A stretch of 64,000 nt of DNA from an uncultured Candidatus Saccharibacteria bacterium (GTDB lineage: Bacteria; Patescibacteriota; Saccharimonadia; Saccharimonadales; Saccharimonadaceae), in assembly GCA_963516175.1 (NCBI GenBank), contig CAUPZG010000001.1:17972-81971 (forward strand), given 5' to 3'. The notes under the pieces are model-generated. The model was not told the DNA's origin. It worked only from the letters and a program-made list of their open reading frames with translations, and did no database searches. Positions within the stretch are counted from its first letter, which is position 1; every line of letters begins with the position of its first letter. The translations under genes were made by a program, and so were the position numbers. This document shows, one piece after another, positions 30,209-41,654 of this stretch.

Positions 30209-30805
30209 TTACTCGCTCACACCCAGCTCGATTCGCCTAAACTGGCGTACCACGATGTTCTCGCCAAGTTTAGCTATCGCTTCCTTGATGTGCTGCTCAA
30301 CTGTCTTAGAGTCATCCAGGATGTACGCCTGGCTCATCAACACCTGTTCGACAAAGTGCTTTTTCAATTGACCTTCAACGATTTTTTCGCGCATTTCTTC
30401 AGGCTTACTTGCTAGCGCCTCGCTGGCCATCAGCTCAGCTTTCACCCGCTCCATTTCCTCAGCTGGAATATCCTCCTCGGAAACATACTTCGGGCTCATC
30501 GCTGCAATTTGCATAGCAATTTCGTGTGCCAACATCTTGAAATCATCCAAGCGTGCCACAAAATCAGTCTCGCAGTTGACCTCAACAATCACGCCAATTC
30601 GACCAGAGTGAACATAGCTCTCGATCAAACCCTCACGTGCCTCGCGGTCACCCTTTTTCTCGGCCTTGGTCAAGCCTTTCTTGCGCATCGCCTCCAGCGC
30701 CTTGTCAAAATCGCCATCAGCCTCGATCAGCGCTTTTTTTGCATCAGTCAGTCCCACGCCAGTTAATTCACGCAGCTTTTTAATGTCATCAACAGAAACG
30801 CCCAT
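30209..30805 (-). CDS. tsf: Elongation factor Ts (short form)
   Basis: IKKLRELTG, EVNCETDFVAR, LGENIVVRQF. Confidence 0.97.
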   Translation of the reverse strand: MGVSVDDIKKLRELTGVGLTDAKKALIEADGDFDKALEAMRKKGLTKAEKKGDREAREGLIESYVHSGRIGVIVEVNCETDFVARLDDFKMLAHEIAMQIAAMSPKYVSEEDIPAEEMERVKAELMASEALASKPEEMREKIVEGQLKKHFVEQVLMSQAYILDDSKTVEQHIKEAIAKLGENIVVRQFRRIELGVSE

Positions 30806-30806
30806 C

Positions 30807-31535
30807 CTATTTCTCCTCTTTTTTCACTGGTTTTTCTTCAGTCTTCACACTACCCGCACCCTCAGCCACGGCTGCTGTAAAGTAGTCAAGTAGCTGTTGA
30901 ATGCTCTTGATCGCATCGTCATTACCTGGAATGACATAGTCGATGCCCGTTGGATTGACATTGGTATCAACCACGGCAAACACCGGCACACCCAAGGTCT
31001 CTGCCTCGCGCACTGCGTTGGCGTCAGTCAACGCATCAACCACGACCACGGCGCCTGGCTTGCCCATCAGGTTCTTGATACCACCATATTTTAGGTTCAG
31101 GTTATCAATTTCCTCCTGGAAACGCTGTACTTCTAGCTTGTTGTAGCGCTTTTCCAGGTCACCTGACGCCATCCGCTTCTCGAGGTTCTTTAACTTCTTG
31201 ATCTGCTGAGCAATTGTTGCACCATTGGTCAGCATACCGCCAATCCAGCGTTCAACCACGTACGGCTGATTGATGCTCTCGGCCGCTTGACGTACCACGT
31301 CCTTGGCTTGCTTTTTCGTACCGACGAACAGCACCTTTTTACCGCTAGCGGCAATTCTCGTCAGCTCCGGCAGCGCTTTCTCCAGCGCCTCAGCTGTCTT
31401 TGCCAAGTCAATGATGTGACTATCCTGGCGTTTTGAATGGATGTATGGCGCCATCTTTGGGTGCCAGCGACTGGTTTTGTGTCCGAAATGAACACCAGCT
31501 TCAAACAAAGCTTTCATGTCTACTGTTACAGACAT
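30807..31535 (-). CDS. rpsB: 30S ribosomal protein S2
   Basis: EAGVHFGH, WHPKM, FVGTKKQA, VDTN, PGNDDAIKS. Confidence 0.98.
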   Translation of the reverse strand: MSVTVDMKALFEAGVHFGHKTSRWHPKMAPYIHSKRQDSHIIDLAKTAEALEKALPELTRIAASGKKVLFVGTKKQAKDVVRQAAESINQPYVVERWIGGMLTNGATIAQQIKKLKNLEKRMASGDLEKRYNKLEVQRFQEEIDNLNLKYGGIKNLMGKPGAVVVVDALTDANAVREAETLGVPVFAVVDTNVNPTGIDYVIPGNDDAIKSIQQLLDYFTAAVAEGAGSVKTEEKPVKKEEK

Positions 31536-31618
31536 TAGGTTACTCCTTTTCCTCGCCCGCCGCTTTTGGAGCTGCGACGGGCTGTGTCGTTATGTTTAGT
31601 TACCCGCCAATTATACCA
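31536..31618 (-). promoter_or_regulatory. rpsB promoter and structured 5' leader
   Basis: TGGTATAAT extended -10, then hairpin GCCCGTCGC/GCGGCGGGC (31555-31582) just before the SD. Confidence 0.5.
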
Positions 31619-31757
31619 CTAGTAAACACTAGACGCAACTACGTCGTAACGAGCCCTTGTTGCATTTATGTTTATCTGGCCCTCTCGTAGACACTGGCAC
31701 CCTGTCACTTGGTTTAAGTTTGCATTGCTCCTCATTTTTTGCTAAAATACCAAGGTT

Positions 31758-32144
31758 ATGAAAAGCAGTATTCACCCACAGAACTATCGCCCGGTCGTAT
31801 TTAGCGACGATCAAGCGGGCTTCGCGTTCTTGACTCAGTCAACGGCGCAAACCACGGATACCATCGTTTGGGAAGATGGCAAAACTTATCCACTCGTCAA
31901 GGTGCACATCTCTAGCGCCTCACACCCATTCTTCACCGGCGAAGAAAAGATCATCGACACCGAAGGTCGTGTTGACCGGTTCAAGGCACGCCAAGCAGCC
32001 GCCCAGGCTCGCAAGGCAGCCCTAGCCAACAAAGCCAAGAAGGCTGCCGCCAAAAAAGCCACCAAGGTAGCAGATGATGACACAGACGACACAAAGAAGA
32101 AAGCGGCTACGCCTAAGGCAAAGGGCAAGAAAGCTAAGAAATAA
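31758..32144 (+). CDS. rpmE: 50S ribosomal protein L31 type B (zinc-free) with Lys/Ala-rich tail
   Basis: [38 protein letters not shown]; no CxxC. Confidence 0.95.
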   Translation: MKSSIHPQNYRPVVFSDDQAGFAFLTQSTAQTTDTIVWEDGKTYPLVKVHISSASHPFFTGEEKIIDTEGRVDRFKARQAAAQARKAALANKAKKAAAKKATKVADDDTDDTKKKAATPKAKGKKAKK

Positions 32145-32174
32145 CCCCAACTTATCAATACTTTTGATATCACG

Positions 32175-32202
32175 TAATAGCTCCGCCAGAGCGGAGCTAT
32201 TA
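32175..32202. terminator. Terminator hairpin between convergent genes
   Basis: TAATAGCTCCGC-CAGA-GCGGAGCTATTA perfect inverted repeat. Confidence 0.75.
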
Positions 32203-32232
32203 TATATTAGATTGAATTTAAGTTATACTGTA

Positions 32233-33009
32233 CTAACTCTTTCTAGATTTTTCTAGTTTACGGTCAAAGTGCTCCATCATGTGCTCAAGTCTCAATAAAT
32301 GAGCTAACTCCCCTACATTCTCTCGATACAGAGTACCCGGTTTCCGCACTCCATTTTCATCAGTAGCAACATGTTCAGCAGTACCATCTGGAGAAAACCA
32401 CCATATTTCACCATCAGTTTTTGTAACCACATGGTCACCAGTATACTCGCGGCCTCTCTTCTCCCTTTGTAAGTGATTCGTAAGGCGCACTTCCTTGATC
32501 ACACCCGTTCTAGGATCATAAGAGGTTGACACACGAACACGCCTAGGGTCGGAATCAGTACCTCCAACATCACGTGTCTCAACCATGCCAATAATTTGCC
32601 CGCCATCCTCTTGCTTCGTCGCAATAAAATCACCGTAGCACGAAACTTGCTCTACCTTCACATTTTGACCTAGAGACGGAAGGTCATACATAGCTGGTAG
32701 CCACCGCCCTGTCGACTCATCACCCTTATCCCTTCCCGACATATACTCACTGGCATTTGTAAACATCTTAGCGACAAATTCAGGGGACCCCACCTTTGTC
32801 TCTGGGAGGCCTGAGCCATCTTTCAGTTCTGCTATACGCGGCCCCTCAAGGGCCAGTCTCGCCAGCCGCATCTGTTTCTGTTGCCGTGTATGTTCAGCAT
32901 TTTCTTCTCGTGCCATCTCCCGGGCCTTCTCGACATCACGAACCCGCCCAAGGTTTCTCCCGAAGGTTTCGTTAACCATACGTCGTGTTGCTTGTAATAA
33001 TTTGCCCAT
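32233..33009 (-). CDS. Hypothetical protein (orphan-like)
   Basis: 258-aa ORF, AAGGAA SD, own TTGACA-17-TAATAT promoter. Confidence 0.75.
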   Translation of the reverse strand: MGKLLQATRRMVNETFGRNLGRVRDVEKAREMAREENAEHTRQQKQMRLARLALEGPRIAELKDGSGLPETKVGSPEFVAKMFTNASEYMSGRDKGDESTGRWLPAMYDLPSLGQNVKVEQVSCYGDFIATKQEDGGQIIGMVETRDVGGTDSDPRRVRVSTSYDPRTGVIKEVRLTNHLQREKRGREYTGDHVVTKTDGEIWWFSPDGTAEHVATDENGVRKPGTLYRENVGELAHLLRLEHMMEHFDRKLEKSRKS

Positions 33010-33162
33010 ACTTTTTATTTTCCTTATCTTTGCTACTGCAATACGTGATGTACTAATGGTCTACATATTACTCTATTCTTCTTTATTTGTCAAGTATTTT
33101 ATCATACTATCGGTATTTTACTAGTAAGCCCGCCACCCCACCAATATGCTATAATAATCCAT

Positions 33163-34233
<1,071 letters not shown>

Positions 34234-34237
34234 GAAA

Positions 34238-34705
34238 TTAAGCTTCGTACGACCCAGAGCTATATTGCTCTTTTAACTCGTTATACCTTCCCCAGAAATC
34301 GCTCAGACCAGACTCTCTGCTTTTATCAGCTAAGGCGACTACCACACCGCCGGCTTTAATTATATTTTCAGCACGACGCCGTTCTTCTTCTCCTATACGC
34401 TGGGGTTCAAATTTCTCTGTCCCAATACTCCTACCGTGGCCCGGCAATCTTTGCTCAGCTATAATTATACGTCGCCTATTTTCAATCAGCAGACTAGAGG
34501 CCTCATTAACATCTGGGGCTATGTAGTACCTTGTATCCGTTTCAGTAGCGGCTCGCTCTGCAAGACTCACGTTAGCCGCATCAAATCCATTTGCCATAGC
34601 GCTATCATTTCTAATAAGAGCAAGCCAATTCGTATGCTCTTGTAACGAATCATGCTGCTTTCCTGCAATTTCTCTGACTCCTCCTGTTACCTTTGCCCTT
34701 TCCAT
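34238..34705 (-). CDS. Hypothetical protein (orphan-like)
   Basis: ORF between prfA and prmC. The track's TTG start (34774) is a -35 box, so ATG 34705 (MERAKV) is preferred. Confidence 0.65.
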   Translation of the reverse strand: MERAKVTGGVREIAGKQHDSLQEHTNWLALIRNDSAMANGFDAANVSLAERAATETDTRYYIAPDVNEASSLLIENRRRIIIAEQRLPGHGRSIGTEKFEPQRIGEEERRRAENIIKAGGVVVALADKSRESGLSDFWGRYNELKEQYSSGSYEA

Positions 34706-34851
34706 GCCATATCTCACTTTCCTGATTATGTATTGTATGAATGTTTCACATACTACTCTCTCTTGATTTGTCAATACTTTTTACAACTTTCTAGCTATTT
34801 TACAACCACAACCATTTTACTCATTCCTAGCTGTGTGGTATAATTGACAAC

Positions 34852-35676
34852 ATGAATATTTCCACCTGGCTGATTCAAGCTACCAAACGGTTGAAAGCTA
34901 TCGGTATCACATCGGCGCGGTTGGACGCCGAGCTGATATTGGCTAACACTCTGCGAAAGAACCGGACGTACCTTCACGCACACCTGGATGAGGAGATTGA
35001 CCCGCGGCGGGTTGATATCGCCGATGCCAGGCTGAGCTTGCGACTTGATCGAGTACCGCTGGCATATATTTTGGGCTACAAGGAATTTTACGGACGGAAA
35101 TTTACTGTTTCGCCAGCTGTCCTGGTGCCGCGACCGGAGTCGGAGGAGATGATTACCCTGTTTTTAGCGCTGACAGCCAGCGAGATCGCGCCAAAGACGC
35201 TGATTGATGTTGGCACTGGTTCGGGCTGCCTCGGCATTACAGCAGCGCTAGAGCGGCCGTCCCTGCGGGCTATTCTATCTGACATTAGTCCACGAGCCAT
35301 CAAGATTGCCGAGAAAAACGCGAGCAATTTACAGGCGCGGGTGACAGTGCAGCAACAATCACTCCTTTCCGGGCAGATTGAGCCGGTGGATTATATCTTT
35401 GCTAATTTACCGTATGTCGACCGGGACTGGGAGTTTTCGCCAGAACTACATCACGAACCAGCCGAAGCGCTATTTGCAGCGGACAATGGACTACAATTGA
35501 TCGAGACACTCATTGAGCAAGCGCCCCGCCACTTGACGGCAGATGGTTTGCTTTTTCTGGAAGCCGACCCGCGACAACACCAGGCAATTCTCGACCAAGC
35601 AAAGCACCACGGCCTTCACGAGGTAGAAACGCGCGGCTTTATCATCGTTTTACGCTTTGTAGGCACCGAGCGTTAG
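34852..35676 (+). CDS. prmC: Release factor glutamine methyltransferase HemK/PrmC
   Basis: PLAYILG.KEFYG, VLVPRPESE, DVGTGSGC, NLPY (NPPY variant). Confidence 0.94.
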   Translation: MNISTWLIQATKRLKAIGITSARLDAELILANTLRKNRTYLHAHLDEEIDPRRVDIADARLSLRLDRVPLAYILGYKEFYGRKFTVSPAVLVPRPESEEMITLFLALTASEIAPKTLIDVGTGSGCLGITAALERPSLRAILSDISPRAIKIAEKNASNLQARVTVQQQSLLSGQIEPVDYIFANLPYVDRDWEFSPELHHEPAEALFAADNGLQLIETLIEQAPRHLTADGLLFLEADPRQHQAILDQAKHHGLHEVETRGFIIVLRFVGTER

Positions 35677-36819
35677 TTTGACCTTTTGCTCCTTGCCGTC
35701 GCGCAGAATGGTCAACTCTACTGTCTCGCCCGGTAGAAACTCAGAGACGAGACTACCGAGGCCGCCCTGTTCACCAATCAGCTTATCATTTACTTTAGTA
35801 ATAATATCGCCGTTCTTGATACCCGCCTTGTCTGCCGGCCCATCAGCGATGACCGCTGATTTATTACGCGAGCCACCGACATACGCACCGCTTTTGACTG
35901 GTAATTTATACTCAGCACGAACTTCAGGGGTAATCGCGATATATTGCACGCCGATATATGATTTCTGAATTTTTCCAGAACTCAGCACACTGCGCACCAG
36001 CCCCTTGGTAGCGGCAATCGGAATCGCAAAGCCCACACTCTGCGCATCTGAGACAATTGCCGTGTTAATACCGATAACTTGGCCTGACATATTGAGAAGC
36101 GGCCCGCCGGAGTTGCCCGGATTAATCGCAGCATCGGTCTGGAGTAGATCGGTCAGGCTCTCGGCTTCGCCGCTCCGCTCGCTAGTGGACGCCTGAACTG
36201 GCCGACCCTTTCCCGAAATAATGCCTGTTGTCACCGTATTTTGGTAGCGACCCAGTGAATTACCGATCGCGATCACTTTCTGACCGACACACACGGTACT
36301 TGAATCCCCCAGCGCAGCCGCCGGCAGGTCATTCACACCGTTAATCTTGAGAAACGCCACGTCATTTAGCGGGTCAGCACCGATAAGCTTAACGTCCGTA
36401 TACTGCGTACCGTCACTACCCATAATCTCGATTGTTTCAGCGTCCTTAACGACATGCTTATTTGTCAAAATATAGCCGTCCTTGCTGATAATAATCCCTG
36501 TGCCAGCGCCTTGCTGTACTGTCGCACGCGAAAATATCTGACCATTCTTGGTGGTTACAATTGAAACCACACTTTTCGATACGCGCTGCACAACCTCGCT
36601 GATATCCGCTTCATCGCGCGACATGACGAGGTTACCGTCAGGGGTAGACTGAACAGGTTGTTTGCCAAACTGCATCGTGAGCCACGATCCCAGTACTGCC
36701 GAACCAATCATCAGCAATATGACCGTGATAACACCGGCGCTCATTAGTGCTAGCTTCCTGCGACGTGGCATACCCGGTCGAGATTGGAGCTGCTGAGCTG
36801 AACGAGGTTCCTGCTCCAC
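35650..36819 (-). CDS. htrA: HtrA/DegP-family serine protease with PDZ
   Basis: TM anchor, LTNKHV, QTDAAINPGNSGGPL, one PDZ. Confidence 0.93.
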   Translation of the reverse strand: MEQEPRSAQQLQSRPGMPRRRKLALMSAGVITVILLMIGSAVLGSWLTMQFGKQPVQSTPDGNLVMSRDEADISEVVQRVSKSVVSIVTTKNGQIFSRATVQQGAGTGIIISKDGYILTNKHVVKDAETIEIMGSDGTQYTDVKLIGADPLNDVAFLKINGVNDLPAAALGDSSTVCVGQKVIAIGNSLGRYQNTVTTGIISGKGRPVQASTSERSGEAESLTDLLQTDAAINPGNSGGPLLNMSGQVIGINTAIVSDAQSVGFAIPIAATKGLVRSVLSSGKIQKSYIGVQYIAITPEVRAEYKLPVKSGAYVGGSRNKSAVIADGPADKAGIKNGDIITKVNDKLIGEQGGLGSLVSEFLPGETVELTILRDGKEQKVKLTLGAYKA

Positions 36820-37592
36820 TATAATGTCACCGAATTAAAGAATAGTAATATGGTCAGAATGAGGGCCGAGGCCAAGATGGCTGGTCCAGCAATTTCAGCA
36901 ACAACGATCGTTTTATGCTTGTGCCAGGAGGTATAAATACGCTCGGCCACGAATGACAGTAGCGTAAAGATAATCGTCGCCTGTGGCAACTGCAAGGCAT
37001 TTACCCCGAGTAGCGCGTAACCAAATGTCCAATAATGCGCTAGCCAGCCAATCTCCGCGAATACCAATCCCCAAGCCAGGCTGAGTACGGTAATCTGCTC
37101 CTCGCGAAATGTCGATAGAAAATGCCGCGCCGTACCATAGCCAATGATCAACGCGCATAATACGACTGCCGCTGCCGGCCACTCGTGTGATACCGCAAAC
37201 AATGCTGCCGTACCGATAAATACCGCGATACCCGCCTGTAGCGTCATTTGCCAGCGCTTTGACAGTGGCTTAAGTACAACAAGCCATACCGCATAGAATA
37301 CCGCCAATGCAATTCGCAGCACTAGCGTCGCCTGTGGTGCATACATCAACGCTACCACACCGAGTCCCACCACCACATCAACCAAACTTCCCTGAATATT
37401 TGTTAGCCAGAACTTGGGGCGCACTGACAACGTCCGCCACTTGCTCAGTAGCACCAGCATAATCGCCGCCAACGGGTAACGAATCTCCTGCGACATCCAG
37501 AACAATACCGCTACCATCCCTAAATTCAGCGCGTAATAAGCGATATTACTGAGAAGCGACCGTCGCCTGGCTGTTTTTTTCAGAAACTCCAT
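36819..37592 (-). CDS. Hypothetical multi-pass membrane protein
   Basis: About eight TM segments; coupled to htrA. Confidence 0.75.
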   Translation of the reverse strand: MEFLKKTARRRSLLSNIAYYALNLGMVAVLFWMSQEIRYPLAAIMLVLLSKWRTLSVRPKFWLTNIQGSLVDVVVGLGVVALMYAPQATLVLRIALAVFYAVWLVVLKPLSKRWQMTLQAGIAVFIGTAALFAVSHEWPAAAVVLCALIIGYGTARHFLSTFREEQITVLSLAWGLVFAEIGWLAHYWTFGYALLGVNALQLPQATIIFTLLSFVAERIYTSWHKHKTIVVAEIAGPAILASALILTILLFFNSVTL

Positions 37593-37612
37593 TGCCACCC
37601 TATTATACCAAA

Positions 37613-39286
37613 TTACGGCCCGATTATCACTACGAAGTCAGCTTCGGCTGGTAGGTTAAATGGCGGTTTGCCTTCGATCAAGGTCACGCCATACAGTTCT
37701 TTGATCTTGTTGGCAGAAGCTTGCTTGGACTTACCTGACTCCAGCTGGTACACCTTGTACTTCTCAGTAATTTTCTGCGGTGAATTGCCAACACTGACTA
37801 CATTGAGTGATGCCGCTGCAAGGCGATCAGCTTCAGATTTGGCTGCCCCGACTACGCCGCTACCATTCATTACAAGGACGCGCGCTTTTTCTTTAGCAAG
37901 CGCATCGCCGTATATCTCTACCTTGATGAATGATCGGATTTGTGAGTAGTCGAACTGGCCAGCCGTTGGCACAACCACACTGGCACCACCAACCCTACTC
38001 GTCCCAAGTAAGACATTATCCTTCTCAACAAAGCTCAGGCGATGGATATCCGTATCTTTGATCTTGGAAGCAACATCCATCACCGTACGGACTTCCTTGG
38101 CATCGACGTTAGTGCGCAAGTTCTTGCCCATGGCATCCATCAACGCCGTTACCTTACCAAGGTCGGTCAGCGTGCCCGTCGAGGCTGCCTTGTTCTTGAG
38201 CGCCATCAGTACGAGTTGCTGGTTTTTCTCGCGGTCAAAGTTTGACTTATCCAGCCCATACGAACCACCCAGCGCGCCACGCGCTCGCGAGAAATACAGC
38301 GCCTTGTCGCCGTCCATCTCATTCGGCCCATTCTTGAAATGGATGTAGTGTCCCGTCGGACAGCGCTGTTTCCGCTGCTCTGCCGACAAGCCCTTTTCCC
38401 GGCACATCCAGTCAACACTTGGGTCAAATACGCCACGCGGATCATCACTCTGGACATTGACCGTCACGCCGCCAACTGCATTAACCGCATCCTTGATCAC
38501 TTGAGCATTCACATGCGCCACGTACTGTAGATCCATGCCGAAAATCTTGCCAACAAACTCGCGGCTCGCATCCATCCGCTTCTTTTCAGCCTGCTCGTCA
38601 TTACCCTTGGCAACACAGTCAAAATATTCGTTAATCTTGCCGGCGCTACCAGAGTTACACAGTTGACCAAATTGCACATATAAGTCGCGCGGAATGCTAA
38701 ACATATAGGCGTCGTGCTTCTTCTGATCAATACTGAGCACCATCATCGAGTCAGTCAATGTCGCGCCCGGATGATCCGGATCGTCATCGGTTGTACCGAG
38801 AATTAGCATATTGCTGCGCCCATGTGCATCCATTTTCAGCGGCTGATTCTGAAATAGGTCAATCAAATTACCGCCGCCAAATACGCGACCGGCATTAACC
38901 CACGCCTTGTAGAGTAAAAATCCGCCCACCAAAATTATCAGTGCCACGATCACGAGGATGATAATCTTCAGCTTGCGCCGTTTTTTATGTGATTTCTTGC
39001 GTTTTTCGCGGGGCGTTTCGGGTTTTTGGATATCAAGATCCTTGAGCGAATTGCTAATGTCTGCATCAATATCAGCAGTTGACGAAGTTGCGAGGCGAAT
39101 CCGCTCGGCTTGCGACAGTGGTTGACGCGGTGTTCGCATTGGCTGCTGCCCAAGTGTCTGCGGCGTCACATGATGCGCAGGACGAGGATGTGCAGCCGCT
39201 CGCTCCGGCGGTGCGCCACCCAAACGAGACCGCTGAACCCTCCGCGGTACAAATCCATCGACCGAATTCCTATTTGAAATTTTCAC
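37613..39286 (-). CDS. LCP (LytR-CpsA-Psr) glycopolymer transferase with LytR_C domain
   Basis: NMLILG, TDSMM, SIPRDLYV, FSRAR, FDREKNQQ, VMNGSGVVGAA. Confidence 0.92.
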   Translation of the reverse strand: MKISNRNSVDGFVPRRVQRSRLGGAPPERAAAHPRPAHHVTPQTLGQQPMRTPRQPLSQAERIRLATSSTADIDADISNSLKDLDIQKPETPREKRKKSHKKRRKLKIIILVIVALIILVGGFLLYKAWVNAGRVFGGGNLIDLFQNQPLKMDAHGRSNMLILGTTDDDPDHPGATLTDSMMVLSIDQKKHDAYMFSIPRDLYVQFGQLCNSGSAGKINEYFDCVAKGNDEQAEKKRMDASREFVGKIFGMDLQYVAHVNAQVIKDAVNAVGGVTVNVQSDDPRGVFDPSVDWMCREKGLSAEQRKQRCPTGHYIHFKNGPNEMDGDKALYFSRARGALGGSYGLDKSNFDREKNQQLVLMALKNKAASTGTLTDLGKVTALMDAMGKNLRTNVDAKEVRTVMDVASKIKDTDIHRLSFVEKDNVLLGTSRVGGASVVVPTAGQFDYSQIRSFIKVEIYGDALAKEKARVLVMNGSGVVGAAKSEADRLAAASLNVVSVGNSPQKITEKYKVYQLESGKSKQASANKIKELYGVTLIEGKPPFNLPAEADFVVIIGP

Positions 39287-39361
39287 TGCTCCTTATTATA
39301 GCACACTTCTCTATCGATCAAGCTTTTGGTTTTCGCCACCAAACCATGTATAATAAGGCAG

Positions 39362-39967
39362 ATGGATGCTCATTTTCTCGATCGACACCCGCGCTTGAGG
39401 GACAGTCTGGGACTGATTATTTTTGTAGTCGGAGTGATCATCGGAACAATTTTGATCAATACCTTTGTTTTTCGTAGTTTTGGCGTGCAGGGCCCAAGTA
39501 TGGAAAACACGATGCACACCAATGACCGCTTGATTGTTGATCGACTATCAGTCACGATCAAGCAGCTTCAAAATCAGCAATATATCCCCAAGCGTGGCCA
39601 AATTATCGTCTTTAAAAATCCTAATTACAATCCAACCCTAGGTCACGATGAATATATCGTCAAACGGGTAATTGCTTTTGCTGGTGAGCGCGTCACCGTT
39701 AAGGATGGTGTCGTTACCGTCTATAACAGTGAACATCCTAACGGTTTTAATCCCGACTCAACTGTCAACAAAAATGAACCAAAGTCACCCACCTCCGGCG
39801 ATGTTGACACCAACGTATCTGAGGGAACAATTTTTGTAATGGGCGATAATCGCGAGGGTAATTTTTCGTGTGACTCGCGCAACTGTATGGGTAATATTCC
39901 GCTATACGATATTGTCGGGCCGGTCATCGCCCGTATCTTCCCTTTTACACAAATCAGAGGATTTTAA
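39362..39967 (+). CDS. lepB: Signal peptidase I
   Basis: GPSMENT, YIVKRVIA, FVMGDNR, SCDSR; start ATG 39362. Confidence 0.95.
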   Translation: MDAHFLDRHPRLRDSLGLIIFVVGVIIGTILINTFVFRSFGVQGPSMENTMHTNDRLIVDRLSVTIKQLQNQQYIPKRGQIIVFKNPNYNPTLGHDEYIVKRVIAFAGERVTVKDGVVTVYNSEHPNGFNPDSTVNKNEPKSPTSGDVDTNVSEGTIFVMGDNREGNFSCDSRNCMGNIPLYDIVGPVIARIFPFTQIRGF

Positions 39968-39970
39968 TCA

Positions 39971-40849
39971 TCAGTCAATCAAGTCACGAATCCGCTCAAA
40001 ATCGGCCTGGTCTTTGAATGGGATGATGATCTGACCGGCACCACGCTTGCTGGTGCGCACGGTGATATTGGCACGGAGTTTTTTCGACAGGCGCGCTACC
40101 GACGAGGCGTGTGGCGGTTCGACTGACTGCGGAGCTGGCGCGTGGCCCAGAGGCTGCTGTGCTCGCTTCCAGGCGGCGATCATCTGCTCGAGCTTGCGTA
40201 CGCTCCACCCTTGATGAATCGTTTGCTGCAGCAAATCCTCCGCCACGTCATCTGGTAGCCCCACTAACGTTCGTGCCTGCCCTTCAGAAATCTTATTTTC
40301 AAACAACGCCGTCCGCACCACGCTCGGTAATTTCAGGAGGCGCAGCGTATTACTAATAGCGCTAACTGATTTACCGCCAACGTGCTGGCCGATTTGCTCC
40401 AGCGTCATATTGAACTGGTCGCGTAGTTTCATATAGGCCGTCGCCGTCTCGAGTGGATTGAGGTCGCGGCGCTGCAAGTTCTCGATCAGCGACACCTCCA
40501 ATCGATGCTGATCGCTCAGGCTACGAATAATGCTCGGTATTTCTACTAATCCAGCCAGCTGCGCCGCTCGCCAGCGCCGCTCGCCAGCCACGATCATAAA
40601 TTGTGCCTCATGTGGTGTCACGACGATCGGCTGCACCACACCGTGCCGACCAATCGAATCGGCCAGTTCACGCAGCGCCTCCTCGTCAAAAAACCGCCGC
40701 GGCTGATCTGGATCTGGGATAATATCTGCGATTGGTAGCTGGCGTAATTGCGACATTGTCGCATCTTGACCAGCCGTCGGGTCAAAGGCTTCATCAAATA
40801 AATTTGTCGGTATCAGCGAATCAAATCCCCGCCCAAGTCCTTTTTTCAT
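39971..40849 (-). CDS. parB: Chromosome partitioning protein ParB
   Basis: KGLGRG, QPRRFF, AGERRWRAA, LIENLQR. Confidence 0.96.
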   Translation of the reverse strand: MKKGLGRGFDSLIPTNLFDEAFDPTAGQDATMSQLRQLPIADIIPDPDQPRRFFDEEALRELADSIGRHGVVQPIVVTPHEAQFMIVAGERRWRAAQLAGLVEIPSIIRSLSDQHRLEVSLIENLQRRDLNPLETATAYMKLRDQFNMTLEQIGQHVGGKSVSAISNTLRLLKLPSVVRTALFENKISEGQARTLVGLPDDVAEDLLQQTIHQGWSVRKLEQMIAAWKRAQQPLGHAPAPQSVEPPHASSVARLSKKLRANITVRTSKRGAGQIIIPFKDQADFERIRDLID

Positions 40850-41610
40850 CCTTCAATCCTCTCGATAATCTCTTTAGTCAGCGCGTGGTAGGCTCGCGAG
40901 CCCTTTGAGAAACGATCGTACACGCCAACCGGCACACCATGGCTTGGCGCTTCAGCGAGGCGAATGTTACGCGGGATCGTCGTCTTGAAAATCGTATCAG
41001 CAAAATGCTTTTTAATTTCATCGTACACCTGACTTGATAGAGTCGTTCGCGAATCAACCATGGTGGTCACCACGCCAAGTAGCCGCAGATGCGGATTGAG
41101 ACCCTTACGGACCAGCTTCATCGTCTCCATCAGCTGCCCCAGCCCCTCGAGTGCATAAAACTCTGCCTGCACTGGCAGCAAGACATACTGCGCTGCGATC
41201 AGCCCATTCACGGTTAGTAAACTCAAACTCGGTGGGCTATCAATGATCACATAATCATAGCCAGCGAGGCTCGCCAGCGCCTGCCGCAACCGCACAAACC
41301 GCCCCTCGGCCTGCGCCAGCTCGACCTCAGTATTTGCGAGATGTGGCGTCGCCGGTGCAAGTGACAGGTTTTTGATGTCAGTCTGAATAATTATATTGTT
41401 CAAGGCTGTCTGCCCAGTCACCACCTCAGTCATCGTCGCACCCAAGCCTTGCTTATCAATGCCAAGGCCGCTGGTAGCGTTTCCCTGCGGGTCAAAGTCA
41501 ACGATTAGCGTCCGCTTACCTGCTTTTGCCAAAAAATATGCCACATTAATTGAAGTCGTCGTCTTGCCGACACCACCCTTTTGATTTGTCACCGCGATAA
41601 TCTTCGTCAT
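40846..41610 (-). CDS. parA: Chromosome partitioning ATPase ParA/Soj
   Basis: NQKGGVGKTT, DFDPQGNAT, IPRNIRLAEAPSHG. Confidence 0.97.
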   Translation of the reverse strand: MTKIIAVTNQKGGVGKTTTSINVAYFLAKAGKRTLIVDFDPQGNATSGLGIDKQGLGATMTEVVTGQTALNNIIIQTDIKNLSLAPATPHLANTEVELAQAEGRFVRLRQALASLAGYDYVIIDSPPSLSLLTVNGLIAAQYVLLPVQAEFYALEGLGQLMETMKLVRKGLNPHLRLLGVVTTMVDSRTTLSSQVYDEIKKHFADTIFKTTIPRNIRLAEAPSHGVPVGVYDRFSKGSRAYHALTKEIIERIEG

Positions 41611-41654
41611 CAATACCCCTTCTGCTTACCCCATTGTACCATAATTTCAGTCAT

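Noticed and set aside
31620..31745. Possible ncRNA between rpsB and rpmE
   Set aside because: Only weak pairing is visible; adequately explained as divergent promoter space.
34742..34757. parS-like TGTTTCAC half-site
   Set aside because: The second half does not match GTGAAACA; no full parS was seen near parAB.
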